From an uncultured bacterium (lineage in GTDB: Bacteria; BMS3Abin14): a stretch of DNA of 64,000 nucleotides. Location: assembly GCA_965603295.1 (NCBI GenBank), contig CBFDCL010000001.1, positions 506 through 64,505 of the forward strand, written 5' to 3'. The notes below the pieces were generated by a model, which was not told the origin of the DNA, ran no database searches, and was given only the letters and a program-made list of their open reading frames with translations. Shown piece after piece: positions 19,220 through 29,071 of the stretch; the first letter of the stretch is position 1, and each line of letters opens with the position of its first letter. The translations under genes were made by a program, and so were the position numbers.

Positions 19220-19921
19220 GTGTCCTCTTTCAGCGGTTTTCCGGACGGGGCGGTGAGGTTCCTTTCAGACCTGGCGATGAACAACAAAAAAGCCTGGTTC
19301 GAGGCCCACCGGAACGATTACGACAGGTTCATTGTTGATCCAGCCAAAGCTTTTACCGAAGCCATGGGGGAAAGGCTCACGGCCTATGCCCCCGGCATTG
19401 TCGCCGAACCGAGGGTCAACGGTTCGATCTTCCGCATTTACCGGGACGTGCGCTTCTCAAAGGACAAGCGGCCCTACAAGACCCACCTGGGTATTTTTAT
19501 GTGGGAAGGTGGGGGTCGGAAGATGGAGTGCCCGGGTTTTTACTTCCACCTCGAACCTCCCAACCTCCTGCTCGGTGGCGGGATCCACATTTTCTCGAAA
19601 ACCCTGCTCCATGAATACAGGAGATCCGTGGTCCATCCGAAACACGGCTCGGATTTGTCTGAGGCGGTCGTGTCCGTGTCGAAATGTCTCAACATAGGCG
19701 GCCGACACTACAAGAGAACACCCCGAGGGTACGATTCGGACCATCCTTTGTCGGACTTCCTGCTGTTTAACGGGCTTACGGTCTGGACCGAGGCGCCGAT
19801 ACCAGCCGCGCTGCACGGAGCGGAGATCATTGATCACTGTTTCGATGTGTTCAGGAAAATGCTGCCGATACACACATGGCTCCGCGGAATGGCAGGAAGA
19901 GCTCGCGGAGCCAGAATCTAG
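19220..19921 (+). CDS. DUF2461 (TIGR02453) family protein
   Basis: N-terminal FxxxxxxFLxxLxxNNxKxWF..R..Y signature of DUF2461. Confidence 0.6.
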   Translation: MSSFSGFPDGAVRFLSDLAMNNKKAWFEAHRNDYDRFIVDPAKAFTEAMGERLTAYAPGIVAEPRVNGSIFRIYRDVRFSKDKRPYKTHLGIFMWEGGGRKMECPGFYFHLEPPNLLLGGGIHIFSKTLLHEYRRSVVHPKHGSDLSEAVVSVSKCLNIGGRHYKRTPRGYDSDHPLSDFLLFNGLTVWTEAPIPAALHGAEIIDHCFDVFRKMLPIHTWLRGMAGRARGARI

Positions 19922-20151
19922 AATCTAGACTCCAGATACTAGACTCTGCTGATCTTCCCCCGACACCCCTGTACATCTGGTGCTTAACGCCCGATACGCC
20001 CACACATTGACATGCTGATACGTTTCAAAGGGAATGTACTCTCCCTGTTTTGGTTTACTTCTGTGTTTGGCATTCTGTATTCTGTATTCGTCATAGGAAC
20101 CAGGATTATTTTGAACCTTGGATTTGGATTCTTGAATAAGAGGATATACCC

Positions 20152-20946
20152 ATGGACTTCATGACCCACACTACCCTTGGCCGAACCGGCCTTTCGGTCA
20201 GTCGCCTGGGCATTGGTGCTTCCTATGGAGCGCCCGCATTCGCCCTAGAAAAGGCTTTTCACGAGCACGGGATCAACGCTTTTTACTGGGGTGCTTTGAG
20301 AAAGCCGAGCATGGGGGAAGCGTTGAAGAACCTGTGCCGCACGGAACGGGAAAAGGTCGTCGTCATGTTCCAGACCTACGACAGGTCCGGGTTTCTTATG
20401 AAACGGCGGCACGAGAAAGGGCTGCGGACACTGGGGATCGATCACGCGGACATCCTGATCATGGGTTGGGCCAACCGGGAGCCCGTGGGACGGTGGCTGG
20501 AAACAGCTGTCCGTCTCAAAGAGGAGGGAAAAGTGAAGCACCTCTGTGTCTCGGGGCATAAGCGGATGCTCCTGGGGGAGATGGCCGCCAGGCCTGACCT
20601 TCCCTTCGACGTCTATATGGTCCGCTACAACGCGGCTCACACGGGTGCCGAGCGGGATGTTTTTTCCTCTCTGCCCAAGGAAAACCCTCCGGGGGTGATG
20701 ACGTTTACGGCCACCCGATGGGGACAGCTCCTGCAGCCGAACCGGATGCCCCCTGGTGAAGAACCTTTGACCGCGGCGGACTGTTACCGCTTCTCCCTTT
20801 CAAATCCCCATGTTGACCTGTGCATGATGGGCCCGAGGAGCGCCGAAGAGCTGGAAAGCGGGTTGAGAGCCCTCCAACTCGGGCCTCTTTCGGATGAGGA
20901 AATGGGAAGGGTGAGGTGGATCGGGGCTCATGTGTACGGCCAGTAA
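20152..20946 (+). CDS. aldo/keto reductase family oxidoreductase
   Basis: AAGAGGA RBS; LGRTGLSVSRLGIGA N-terminal AKR motif. Confidence 0.7.
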   Translation: MDFMTHTTLGRTGLSVSRLGIGASYGAPAFALEKAFHEHGINAFYWGALRKPSMGEALKNLCRTEREKVVVMFQTYDRSGFLMKRRHEKGLRTLGIDHADILIMGWANREPVGRWLETAVRLKEEGKVKHLCVSGHKRMLLGEMAARPDLPFDVYMVRYNAAHTGAERDVFSSLPKENPPGVMTFTATRWGQLLQPNRMPPGEEPLTAADCYRFSLSNPHVDLCMMGPRSAEELESGLRALQLGPLSDEEMGRVRWIGAHVYGQ

Positions 20947-21100
20947 GCCAAACGGTGCGTTTATCGTTTATTGTTTAACGTTTAACGTGGTTTTCCTGGA
21001 CCTTGTGGTTCTTGAATTGATTTCAATCTTGAATTTTAAATTTTTATCTTTTCCAACCACTGTTCACTAATCACTGATCACCAATCACTTGGCTCCATTT

Positions 21101-23299
21101 CTACATCCTCCTGTTCTTCATGTATCCGCTTTTCATGGTTTTTTCCACGTACAGGCAGGCTTGACGGGAAAGGGCGATGAGCTTTTCAGGCCTGGGTTTT
21201 TCACCCTGACCGGATACCGCGGCTCCCAGAGCCAGATCATACCGTCCCCCGTGCTGTTCCCGGAAGTGCTCGATGAGGCGGTCGGCGTAGCCGTCCACCA
21301 GGGATGCATAGGTCAGGATGACAAACTCTCCCTGGGGCCGGCTCTGGATAAGATTGTCCTCCATTCTTCCATCATCCATGATGTGGAGGATGGTCTCCTC
21401 CATATCCCCCAGCGATTCGAATGAGTATGTGTCCTCAGAGGATGTCATGCCCGAGGCCGGGTTCACGTGCACGGTGAGGACTCCCACCGTTTTGCCCTCG
21501 GACAGGCGATTGGCCAACTCACCGGTGAACTCCTCGTCTCCGGGATGCCAGGCTGTGATTCCCCTCTGGGGACTGATGAGACCCTGGGTGGGCAGCGAGA
21601 ACCGGAAAGAGGTTTTCTCCCCGGGAGTGCTTGTGGCGGAAATGGTGCCTCCGTGCTGTTCCACCAACTCCTTCGTCAGGGAAAGGCCAAGCCCGGTTCC
21701 CTTGGATTCCGAATGTTCCTCGGCCGGTTCGTTGAGGATGCCCCTGTAGAAACGGTTGAAAACAAGGGATAGCTCCTCCTCTGAGATGCCTGGCCCGGTG
21801 TCGCTGACCTCGAAAACCGTATGCCCGTCCGAGGTGTGAAGGGCGATGTCGATGTGGACACCCGTTCCGCCGTACTTGATAGCGTTCCCGATGAGGTTAA
21901 CCAGGGCCTGTTCCACCCTGTCCCTGTCAGCGATGAGATTTGGGAGATCTTTTTCGGCGTGGAGCCTCACCACGGCTTTGCTGGCTTCGGCCTGAGGGTT
22001 GAGGAGCTTGACGGCGTTCTCCGCGATCTCGAGGGGGTTGAACGGTTCCTTGGTCAAGGCTAACTGTCCCGACTCGAGGCGGGCGAGGTCGAGGAAGTCG
22101 TTGATAAGCCGGTTGAGCCTCTTGCTCTCGTTGTGGATGATGAAGAGGTAGCGTTCGAGGGGTTCGGGTATGTCGTCTCTCCTGATCAGAAACTCCGAAA
22201 ACCCCTGAATCGAAGTGAGGGGCGTGCGAAGCTCATGGGATACGGTGGAAATGAGCTCCGTCTTGAGGTGATCGAGCTTGCGGATCTGAAGCCGGTCGAA
22301 AATCCCCTCCAGGAGTAGCCCGGAAAACTGCGTCAGGATGGCCTGGGAAACCTTCATCAGTTCCATGAACTCGGGGGAACCCTCCGGAACCGCCGAAAGG
22401 GCAATGCCGAAAAGGTTGTGCCGCGGGGGCAAAAGGCTCCTGAGGAGGCGAAGTCCGGAGCTGTTGAGGAGATCCCAGGCGAACCCCAGTTCCCGGAGGC
22501 GTTCGTTGTCCGGGTAAGGGGGGTGAAGTGATGCGGCAGCCAGGAACTGGTACACGGAGAAGCCGGAGGCGAAATCCATGACCGACATGTTGGTCCCCGT
22601 TTCCGGGTTAATGGTTCCTGCCCATGCCCGGTTGCTGCTCATCTCGCCTACGAGGATCATATGAGAGGATGATCCCAGAACGCTGTTCATCCCTCTGACC
22701 GTAGCCGGGATCAGGCCGGTCTCGATGTCCATGGATTTTCCATGGATTTCCTGGAGGGTGGAAAAGAGGGAGTTCGAGGAGATGCTTATGCGGTCGACCT
22801 CCTCCCACAGGTACAGGTTTTCCATCCCCATCCCAACCTGGAGGGCGAGGGATTTAAGGGTCCGGAGGTTTTCCTCGGTGAACCCCTCGTTCATCGTAGT
22901 ATCGGTGACGTTCATGACCCCGATCAGGCGCCCGCGGCTTTTCAGGGGAACGCTGATAAACGACCTGGTCCGGTATCGGTCCTGAAACTGAGCTGAAAAC
23001 CGGATATCCTGGTCCATATCGGGGACCAGGACGGCGTCACCGGTAGCGGCTACCCAGCCCGATACACCTTCTCCCACGGGGACTTTCACCCCTCCCATGT
23101 TTTCCGGGTAGCGACCGGCCCAGGCGGTCAGGGAAAGGTTCTGTCCCTGGGGGTCCAGGGAGAGGATGGAAACCCGCTCCGCGTCGAACAGCGCGAGGAC
23201 CCTGTTGCAGAAGGTGCGGAGGATCGTGACCTCATCAAGGTTGGAGTTAAGCAGTTCCTCCAGCTCCAGGAAAAGATCCTCCGTGATCTGTCGCGTCAT
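21101..23299 (-). CDS. sensor histidine kinase (GAF/PAS - HisKA - HATPase) with uncharacterised ~170-aa C-terminal domain
   Basis: GAF domain at the N-terminus, H-box (VSHELRTPLTSIQGF), N/G1/G2 boxes (NAIKYG, DTGPGI, GLGLSL), then an extra C-terminal region with no recognisable motif. Confidence 0.8.
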   Translation of the reverse strand: MTRQITEDLFLELEELLNSNLDEVTILRTFCNRVLALFDAERVSILSLDPQGQNLSLTAWAGRYPENMGGVKVPVGEGVSGWVAATGDAVLVPDMDQDIRFSAQFQDRYRTRSFISVPLKSRGRLIGVMNVTDTTMNEGFTEENLRTLKSLALQVGMGMENLYLWEEVDRISISSNSLFSTLQEIHGKSMDIETGLIPATVRGMNSVLGSSSHMILVGEMSSNRAWAGTINPETGTNMSVMDFASGFSVYQFLAAASLHPPYPDNERLRELGFAWDLLNSSGLRLLRSLLPPRHNLFGIALSAVPEGSPEFMELMKVSQAILTQFSGLLLEGIFDRLQIRKLDHLKTELISTVSHELRTPLTSIQGFSEFLIRRDDIPEPLERYLFIIHNESKRLNRLINDFLDLARLESGQLALTKEPFNPLEIAENAVKLLNPQAEASKAVVRLHAEKDLPNLIADRDRVEQALVNLIGNAIKYGGTGVHIDIALHTSDGHTVFEVSDTGPGISEEELSLVFNRFYRGILNEPAEEHSESKGTGLGLSLTKELVEQHGGTISATSTPGEKTSFRFSLPTQGLISPQRGITAWHPGDEEFTGELANRLSEGKTVGVLTVHVNPASGMTSSEDTYSFESLGDMEETILHIMDDGRMEDNLIQSRPQGEFVILTYASLVDGYADRLIEHFREQHGGRYDLALGAAVSGQGEKPRPEKLIALSRQACLYVEKTMKSGYMKNRRM

Positions 23300-23400
23300 G
23301 TTTCAACCTCCTGAGTGATCCTCGGTGGCGCTGACTCCCGATACTGCGACGGGATCGTTTCTCCGGCAATTTATCACAAAACGAAAGGGGAGGTAGGGAT

Positions 23401-23489
23401 AGAGAATTGAGGATTGAGAATTGAGAACTTAAACCAGTGATTGGTGATTCGTGATTGGAGGAAGGTTTGAGGTTTGATTTTTGAAGTTG
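23401..23489. repeat. composite heptamer element E-H-F: (GAGAATT)4-(GTGATTG)3-(GGTTTGA)3
   Basis: Same module order at 24335-24447, 37322-37402 and 61802-61863, at 54124-54200 as the reverse complement, and partially at 27521-27590 and 52074-52148. Confidence 0.75.
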
Positions 23490-23749
23490 CAGAAAATTCA
23501 CGTTGGATGTTTGACGTTGGACCTCTATTCTTCCCGCGCCCCACGCCCTGAGCTTGTCAAAGGGCGTCCCCTTCGCTAATCTCCCGACTGGGCTCTATGA
23601 CCTCAAACTTCAAACACCAAACCGTTCACTAATTATCAATGACCAATCACCAGTTTTTCTCGTTAAACATTGAACGTTAAACATTAAGCGTGTTTAATAT
23701 AAAATTCTTGCGCAAACATTTCCGCTACATCGGGGCAGGGGAGGATGGG

Positions 23750-24283
23750 ATGAAACAGATACCGGACAATTACAGGATCGTTCTGACGGCTGATCAGATC
23801 CAGGCCAGGATCAGGGAGATGGGGGCCGAGATCAGCCGGGACCTCGGGGGTGAGGCCCCGGTGGTGGTGGCCGTGCTTAAAGGGGCCTACGTTTTCCTTG
23901 CGGATCTGGTGCGGGCCATGTCTGTCCCCGTGGAGATCGATTTCGCACAGATATCCAGTTACGGGGACGAGACCGCATCCACCGGACGGATCAAGGTCAT
24001 GAAGGACATCTCCACACCCGTCGCCGGCCGGCACGTACTGGTGGTGGAGGATATCGTGGACACGGGACGGACGCTGCACTATTATCTGAACGAACTGCAG
24101 CAGCGCAACCCGGCTTCTCTGCGTCTGGCGGCCCTCATCAACAAACCTGAAAGGCAGGAGTTCACGCCGGAGGTTGACTACCTCGGATTCACGATCCCCA
24201 GCGGCTTTCTTGTGGGCTATGGGCTCGATCATGCGGGAAGATGGCGGGATCTGCCGGGGATTTACGAAGTGATCGATGCATGA
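23750..24283 (+). CDS. hpt: hypoxanthine phosphoribosyltransferase
   Basis: PRTase motif (VLVVEDIVDTGRTL) and Hpt-type flanking blocks; start at MKQIP. Confidence 0.85.
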   Translation: MKQIPDNYRIVLTADQIQARIREMGAEISRDLGGEAPVVVAVLKGAYVFLADLVRAMSVPVEIDFAQISSYGDETASTGRIKVMKDISTPVAGRHVLVVEDIVDTGRTLHYYLNELQQRNPASLRLAALINKPERQEFTPEVDYLGFTIPSGFLVGYGLDHAGRWRDLPGIYEVIDA

Positions 24284-24334
24284 TCATCGATCACTTCGAG
24301 TCCAAAGTCCAACGCCCAAAGCCCAAAGGGATAG

Positions 24335-24515
24335 AACAATTGAGGATTGAGGATTGAGAATTGAGAATTGAGAAAAAACAGTGATTAGTGATTCGTGATT
24401 GGTGATTGGAAAACGGTTTGAGGTTTGAAGTCTGAGGTTTGAAGTTTTACGTCAGAAGCCAGGATCCATAGGCCAGGAAGAAATTCACATTAAACATTAA
24501 ACAGTAAACGTTAAA
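24335..24515. repeat. composite heptamer element E-H-F followed by an (AAACGTT)n-like tract; direct repeat of 23401-23523 on the other side of hpt
   Basis: E 24335-24371, H 24378-24408, F 24413-24447, N' 24484-24515; preceded by (CCAAAG)n at 24299-24329. Confidence 0.75.
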
Positions 24516-24540
24516 CCTATATGCACCAGGGACTTTCTTT

Positions 24541-25425
24541 TTGAACATACTTTTTTATTTCGGCGTCGTCCTTATCTGGGGGACCACCTGGTTCGCCATT
24601 CTGTTCCAGCTCGGCAAGGTGGATCCCCTTGTCTCGATCATCTACCGCTTTTCCCTGGCTGCGTTGATGCTGATGTTCTACTGCATCCTCACCGGGAGGC
24701 GGATGCGGTTTTCCCTGCGGGACCATCTGTTCATGGCTCTGATGGGAACGTTTCTTTTTTCCCTGAATTACTGGTTGTTCTACGTGGCGGAACTCTATCT
24801 CGCCAGCGGCCTGGTGGCGGTGGTTTTTTCCACGATGGTCATCCTCAACATCCTTTTCGGGGTGGTCTTTATCGGTGCGCCCATACGGCCAAAAGTGGTC
24901 CTGGGAGCCCTTATGGGTCTGGCCGGGATCGCCCTGGTCTTCAGGCCGGAGCTGGCGGCCTTTACCCTGTCGGATAAGGGGTTGTTTGGTCTGCTGCTCA
25001 GCCTTGGAGCCACGATATCGGCGTCACTGGGGAATATCATCTCGGCTCGCAACCAGATGGTGCGGATTCCGGTGATCCAGGCCAACGCCTGGGGGATGAG
25101 CTACGGCGTTCTTTTAATGCTGATCACCGCTCTTCTCACCGGGAAGAAGTTCACCTTCGAGGTCACCGTCAGTTACGTCACATCCCTGTTGTACCTGGCT
25201 TTGTTCGGTACCGTCTTCGCTTTCGGAATGTACCTGACGCTCATCGGGCGAATCGGCGCCGACCGGGCCGCCTATGCGACCCTGCTTTTTCCCATCGTGG
25301 CCCTGGCGCTGTCCATGATGTTCGAGGGGTACCGGGGAAATCCGGGGGCTTTTGGAGGATTTGTCCTGATCCTCGCGGGGAACTTCCTGGCCCTTAGCAG
25401 GATGAAAAAACCCGTTGAGAGTTGA
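24541..25425 (+). CDS. DMT-superfamily (EamA) transporter
   Basis: 10-TM EamA-like profile; probable TTG start. Confidence 0.65.
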   Translation: MNILFYFGVVLIWGTTWFAILFQLGKVDPLVSIIYRFSLAALMLMFYCILTGRRMRFSLRDHLFMALMGTFLFSLNYWLFYVAELYLASGLVAVVFSTMVILNILFGVVFIGAPIRPKVVLGALMGLAGIALVFRPELAAFTLSDKGLFGLLLSLGATISASLGNIISARNQMVRIPVIQANAWGMSYGVLLMLITALLTGKKFTFEVTVSYVTSLLYLALFGTVFAFGMYLTLIGRIGADRAAYATLLFPIVALALSMMFEGYRGNPGAFGGFVLILAGNFLALSRMKKPVES

Positions 25426-25509
25426 GCGTTAAAGGTTGAGGGTTTGTGGTTTGCGGTGATGGGAAAAGTTTTCAGTGCCTCGATGCACCAGTGAACTTGT
25501 GCACTGACC

Positions 25510-25572
25510 CCTCAACTCTCAACCCTCAACTCTCAACCCTCAACTCTCAACCCTCAACTCTCAACCCTTAAC
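25510..25572. repeat. (CTCAACY)7 tandem heptamer array downstream of hcp
   Basis: cctcaactctcaaccctcaactctcaaccctcaactctcaacccttaac. Confidence 0.7.
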
Positions 25573-25581
25573 TTGGAACTA

Positions 25582-27225
25582 TTATTTCCCCAGTGCCTCA
25601 GCCAGGTCCTTGTCCACCTCCCCGATGGGGGCGATGCCGAAGTTGTCCACGAGCACCTGGAGAACGCCGGGCGTGATAAAAGCGGGCAGGGTCGGGCCCA
25701 GTTTGATGTTCCGGATCCCCAGGTGCAGCAGCGTCAGCAGGATGCAAACGGCCTTCTGCTCGTACCAGGACAGGATCATGGACAAGGGAAGGCTGTGAAG
25801 GTCCGTCTCGAAAGCGTCAGCCAGGGCCGATGCGATGCGGATGGCCGAGTAAGCGTCGTTGCATTGTCCAATATCCAGAAGTCGTGGGATGCCGCCGATG
25901 TCACCGAATTCCATCTTGTTAAACCGGTACTTTCCGCACGCCAGGGTAAGGATTACCGTGTCTTCGGGTGCCTTCTCGGCGAACTCGCTGTAGTAGTTGC
26001 GCCCGGGCTTGGCCCCGTCGCATCCTCCTATGAGGAAGAAGTGCCGGATGGCGCCCGATTTTACGGCGTCCACCACCGCCCCTGCAACGCCTAGAACCGC
26101 GTTGTGGCCGAACCCCACAGTGATGTTTTTTGCTTCCATGTCCTCAGCAAAGCCTTCCGATTCAAGGGCAGCCTCGATGACCGGGGAAAAATCGTCATTG
26201 CCAACGTGCCTGACCCCTGGCCAGGCCACGAGGCCCGTGGTAAAGATGCGGGCTTCGTAGCTTTTGCGGGGTTTCTGGATGCAGTTGGTGGTCATGAGGA
26301 TGGCTCCAGGGAACGCATCGAACTCCTTGTGCTGGTCCTGCCAGGCTCCGCCATAATTACCTACCAGGTGACTGTATTTCTTGAGTTCCGGGTAGCCGTG
26401 GCAGGGGAGCATCTCCCCGTGGGTATAGACGTTGATCCCCTTTCCCTTCGTCTGTTTCAGAAGGATTTCCAGATCTTTCAGGTCATGGCCGGAAACGAGG
26501 ATCGCCTTGCCCTTGACCGGCGTGATACGTACCTGGGTTGGTTCCGGGTGTCCGTAAACCCCGGTATTGGCCTCGTCGAGCAGCTCCATGACCCTCAGGT
26601 TGACTTCGCCCACTCTCATGGCCATGGCCACCAGGTCATCCGCCGAATGGTCCGTCGTGAGGTAATCGAGGGCTTCATGGAAAAAGGCGTTTATCCTCTG
26701 GTCAGTTTTCCCGAGAATGAGGGCGTGGTCGGCATAGGCTGCCATACCCTTGAGGCCGTATAAAATGAGTTTTTCGAGACCTGCTGCATCGTCCCCGACA
26801 GCCCGCTGCCGTATGGTGATCCCCACCGCACCGGCCTGGGCGAGGAGTCCGGCTCGGTCCTGGCCGGGGGAGAAGGCGGCTGCTTCGGAAATCTCCTCGG
26901 GTTTTTTCCCTGCCTGTCCGCAGGCGTCCTCGTAAAGTATTCTGGCGCGGTCACGGATTTGGATGCCCTGCCGGATCATGGCCTCGATCCGGTCAGGGTC
27001 GAAGTTCACGTTGGTGACGGTGGTAAACAGCGCTTCGATGACGAAGCGATCGATCGATTGATCCGCGGCCCCCAGTTGCCGTGCCCGATGGGCGTACTGG
27101 CTGATCCCCTGGACTGTGTGGATCAGGAGGTCCTGGAAGTCTGAAGTTTCGTCATCCTTGCCGCACACCCCGAACCTGTCGCATCCGGTCCCATGGGCGG
27201 TCTGCTCGCACTGGTAACAGAACAT
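25582..27225 (-). CDS. hcp: hybrid cluster protein (hydroxylamine reductase)
   Basis: Start [15 protein letters not shown] (N-terminal Cys cluster) with GGAGATAACC RBS; 547 aa; hybrid-cluster ligand regions. The ORF-track N-terminal extension was rejected. Confidence 0.9.
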   Translation of the reverse strand: MFCYQCEQTAHGTGCDRFGVCGKDDETSDFQDLLIHTVQGISQYAHRARQLGAADQSIDRFVIEALFTTVTNVNFDPDRIEAMIRQGIQIRDRARILYEDACGQAGKKPEEISEAAAFSPGQDRAGLLAQAGAVGITIRQRAVGDDAAGLEKLILYGLKGMAAYADHALILGKTDQRINAFFHEALDYLTTDHSADDLVAMAMRVGEVNLRVMELLDEANTGVYGHPEPTQVRITPVKGKAILVSGHDLKDLEILLKQTKGKGINVYTHGEMLPCHGYPELKKYSHLVGNYGGAWQDQHKEFDAFPGAILMTTNCIQKPRKSYEARIFTTGLVAWPGVRHVGNDDFSPVIEAALESEGFAEDMEAKNITVGFGHNAVLGVAGAVVDAVKSGAIRHFFLIGGCDGAKPGRNYYSEFAEKAPEDTVILTLACGKYRFNKMEFGDIGGIPRLLDIGQCNDAYSAIRIASALADAFETDLHSLPLSMILSWYEQKAVCILLTLLHLGIRNIKLGPTLPAFITPGVLQVLVDNFGIAPIGEVDKDLAEALGK

Positions 27226-27285
27226 GATGGTTATCTCCTTTTCTAAGATCAAAATAGTATCAGCATATCTTTTGCTGTCATGGAA

Positions 27286-27327
27286 AGTATATCGCGCCTT
27301 GTGCGGAGAAACCTTGACGGGGGTCAA
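27286..27327 (-). promoter_or_regulatory. hcp promoter: CRP/FNR-type palindrome TTGAC-N4-GTCAA centred 29.5 bp upstream of a TATACT -10
   Basis: Palindrome ttgacgggggtcaa at 27314-27327 (top strand), centre 27320.5. The TATACT -10 hexamer is agtata on the top strand at 27286-27291 (minus-strand sense), giving class-II spacing with the site at about -41.5. An AGGAGA RBS sits before the hcp ATG. Confidence 0.5.
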
Positions 27328-27628
27328 TAAACGGTGTTTGACGACCTGGCGAGGGGGCGACTGGGCGACGGGGAGGGAAGAGAGGGATCTAACCTCCAAT
27401 GCTTGCCAAGCCGTAGCTTTAGCGAAAGCTGGTCCAACGCCTGCCCACCGTAGCCTTGCGCGAAGGTGGGTCCAACGGGAGAGGCAGTTCAGAGTGCAAA
27501 GTTCAGAGTGCAGAGGGAACATTGTTGAGAATTGAGAATTGAGGGTTGGAAATCCAAGAATGCCGTTTGCTGTTTGTAGTTTGAAGTCGCGAATTTGAAA
27601 TTGTATGTCTGGAACCAGGAACTAGGTA

Positions 27629-28300
27629 CTAGGCACCAGATACTGCCTTGATGTTCTCCGGCCCGTTGTTTCCCGGCGCGTTGACCTTCTTCGACACGTC
27701 CCAGGCGTCCATCTGCCCGGCGGGGTAAAGGACGAGGAGGGGAGACAATATCTCCGGGTCCTGAACGGCGTTGTCAAGCCACAGGTCGCGCTTGTCCCTG
27801 CGGATGATGGCAGGCATGCGGTCGTGGATGGGAGCGAGAAGTTCATTGGGCTGGGTGGTCACGATGCTGCAGGTGCGGATACTTTCCCCTTCCGGCGAAG
27901 TCCAGTCGGAGTAGAGCCCCGCGAACCCGAAGGGCCGTCCGTCCTTCATGGTGATGAAGACCGGTACCTTCCCCCCTTCGGTCTTGCGCCACTCGTAGAA
28001 CCCGTCGGCGGCGATGAGGCACCGGTGTTTTTTAAAGGGTCCTTTAAAGCTCGGTTTTTCCGCCAGAGTCTCGGCTCGGGCGTTGATCATGCGGCTGCCG
28101 ATGGACAGGTCTTTCGACCATGGGGGGATGAGGCCCCAACGGGCCAGCATGAGTTGGTTCCCGTCCTCGTTCACCACCACCGGAACGTCCTGCGTGGGGG
28201 CTATGTTCCAGGAGGGGCGGAGGGGGATCTCCGGACTCTGGAGGTTGAATTCCTGTTTTAGGAGGGGGAAAAGTTTAAATTGTACGTATCTGCCACACAT
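27629..28300 (-). CDS. SOS-response-associated peptidase (SRAP/YedK family)
   Basis: Starts MCGRY (catalytic Cys2) with conserved SRAP blocks. Confidence 0.8.
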   Translation of the reverse strand: MCGRYVQFKLFPLLKQEFNLQSPEIPLRPSWNIAPTQDVPVVVNEDGNQLMLARWGLIPPWSKDLSIGSRMINARAETLAEKPSFKGPFKKHRCLIAADGFYEWRKTEGGKVPVFITMKDGRPFGFAGLYSDWTSPEGESIRTCSIVTTQPNELLAPIHDRMPAIIRRDKRDLWLDNAVQDPEILSPLLVLYPAGQMDAWDVSKKVNAPGNNGPENIKAVSGA

Positions 28301-28327
28301 ATCATTTGTCGCCATAGTCCAAAGAGA

Positions 28328-28461
28328 TAAGTCCTCAGAGATAAGGGTACTATGCTCAAACTTATCACGTATACTTAGGACTTAGGACCCATTTATCCCA
28401 TTCTCCTGCGCTGATAAACGTATTTTCATGCAAAGCGGCTTATTGGAACCGCTCCTCGGGA
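28328..28461. repeat. mosaic intergenic element, copy B (modules Y 28328-28390, X 28396-28455; order swapped relative to copy A)
   Basis: About 85-90% identity to copy A modules; stems are conserved while loops differ. Confidence 0.65.
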
Positions 28462-28502
28462 ATCCTCACGTACGTCACAGTCCAGACTCCAGATACCAGT
28501 AA

Positions 28503-28955
28503 CTAGACACTCGGAGGAGCGAGCAGGGCTCGCTCCTCCGCATTCGGCAATATCCCGAACAACTGGCCCTCGATAACCGTTTCGTCCCTCTGGTTGACGA
28601 ATATTGCCGAACACTTGACGCGCCCGCGCTCATCCATCTCGTCGATGGTGAGGGTACAGGTTACCGTGTCGCTGAAGTAGACGGGAAGGCGGAAGCGAAA
28701 GTTCATTCCTGAGGCCAGCATGGCAAGCTGGCCCCCGATCTCGGACATGAGACTGCCCACGTGAAGCCCGTGGCAGATCAGACCATCCAAACCTTTTCCC
28801 TTCGCATATTCCCTGTTGGAGTGCACCGGGTTGTGGTCGTTGGAAACATCGGTAAACAGATGGACGTCCTCTCCGGTGAAGGTTCGTGTGACGGAGAAGG
28901 AGTCCCCGACGGTGATTTCCCCCTCAATGAGTCTGCGGCGGATGGTGGCGGTCAT
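28503..28955 (-). CDS. MaoC-like (R)-hydratase, hot-dog fold
   Basis: Hot-dog motifs (NDHNPVHSN, ICHGLH); start trimmed to MTATIRR because the upstream codons are encoded by a heptamer repeat. Confidence 0.6.
   Translation of the reverse strand: MTATIRRRLIEGEITVGDSFSVTRTFTGEDVHLFTDVSNDHNPVHSNREYAKGKGLDGLICHGLHVGSLMSEIGGQLAMLASGMNFRFRLPVYFSDTVTCTLTIDEMDERGRVKCSAIFVNQRDETVIEGQLFGILPNAEERALLAPPSV
28511..28539 (-). terminator. perfect 13-bp GC-rich stem-loop (cggaggagcgagc-agg-gctcgctcctccg) at the 3' end of the MaoC-like gene
   Basis: Exact inverted repeat; lies within the last ~12 codons of the MaoC ORF as read; no strong U-tract follows. Confidence 0.35.
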
Positions 28956-29071
28956 TAATCTCTCCGGCAAGAAAATTCCAAATTTCAAAATTGATCTCAG
29001 ATCAAAAAGTTCCTTGTGCGCATTTGTACCCGTGCATTAGTGCATTGAATCACGGATCTCAACCCCAAACC

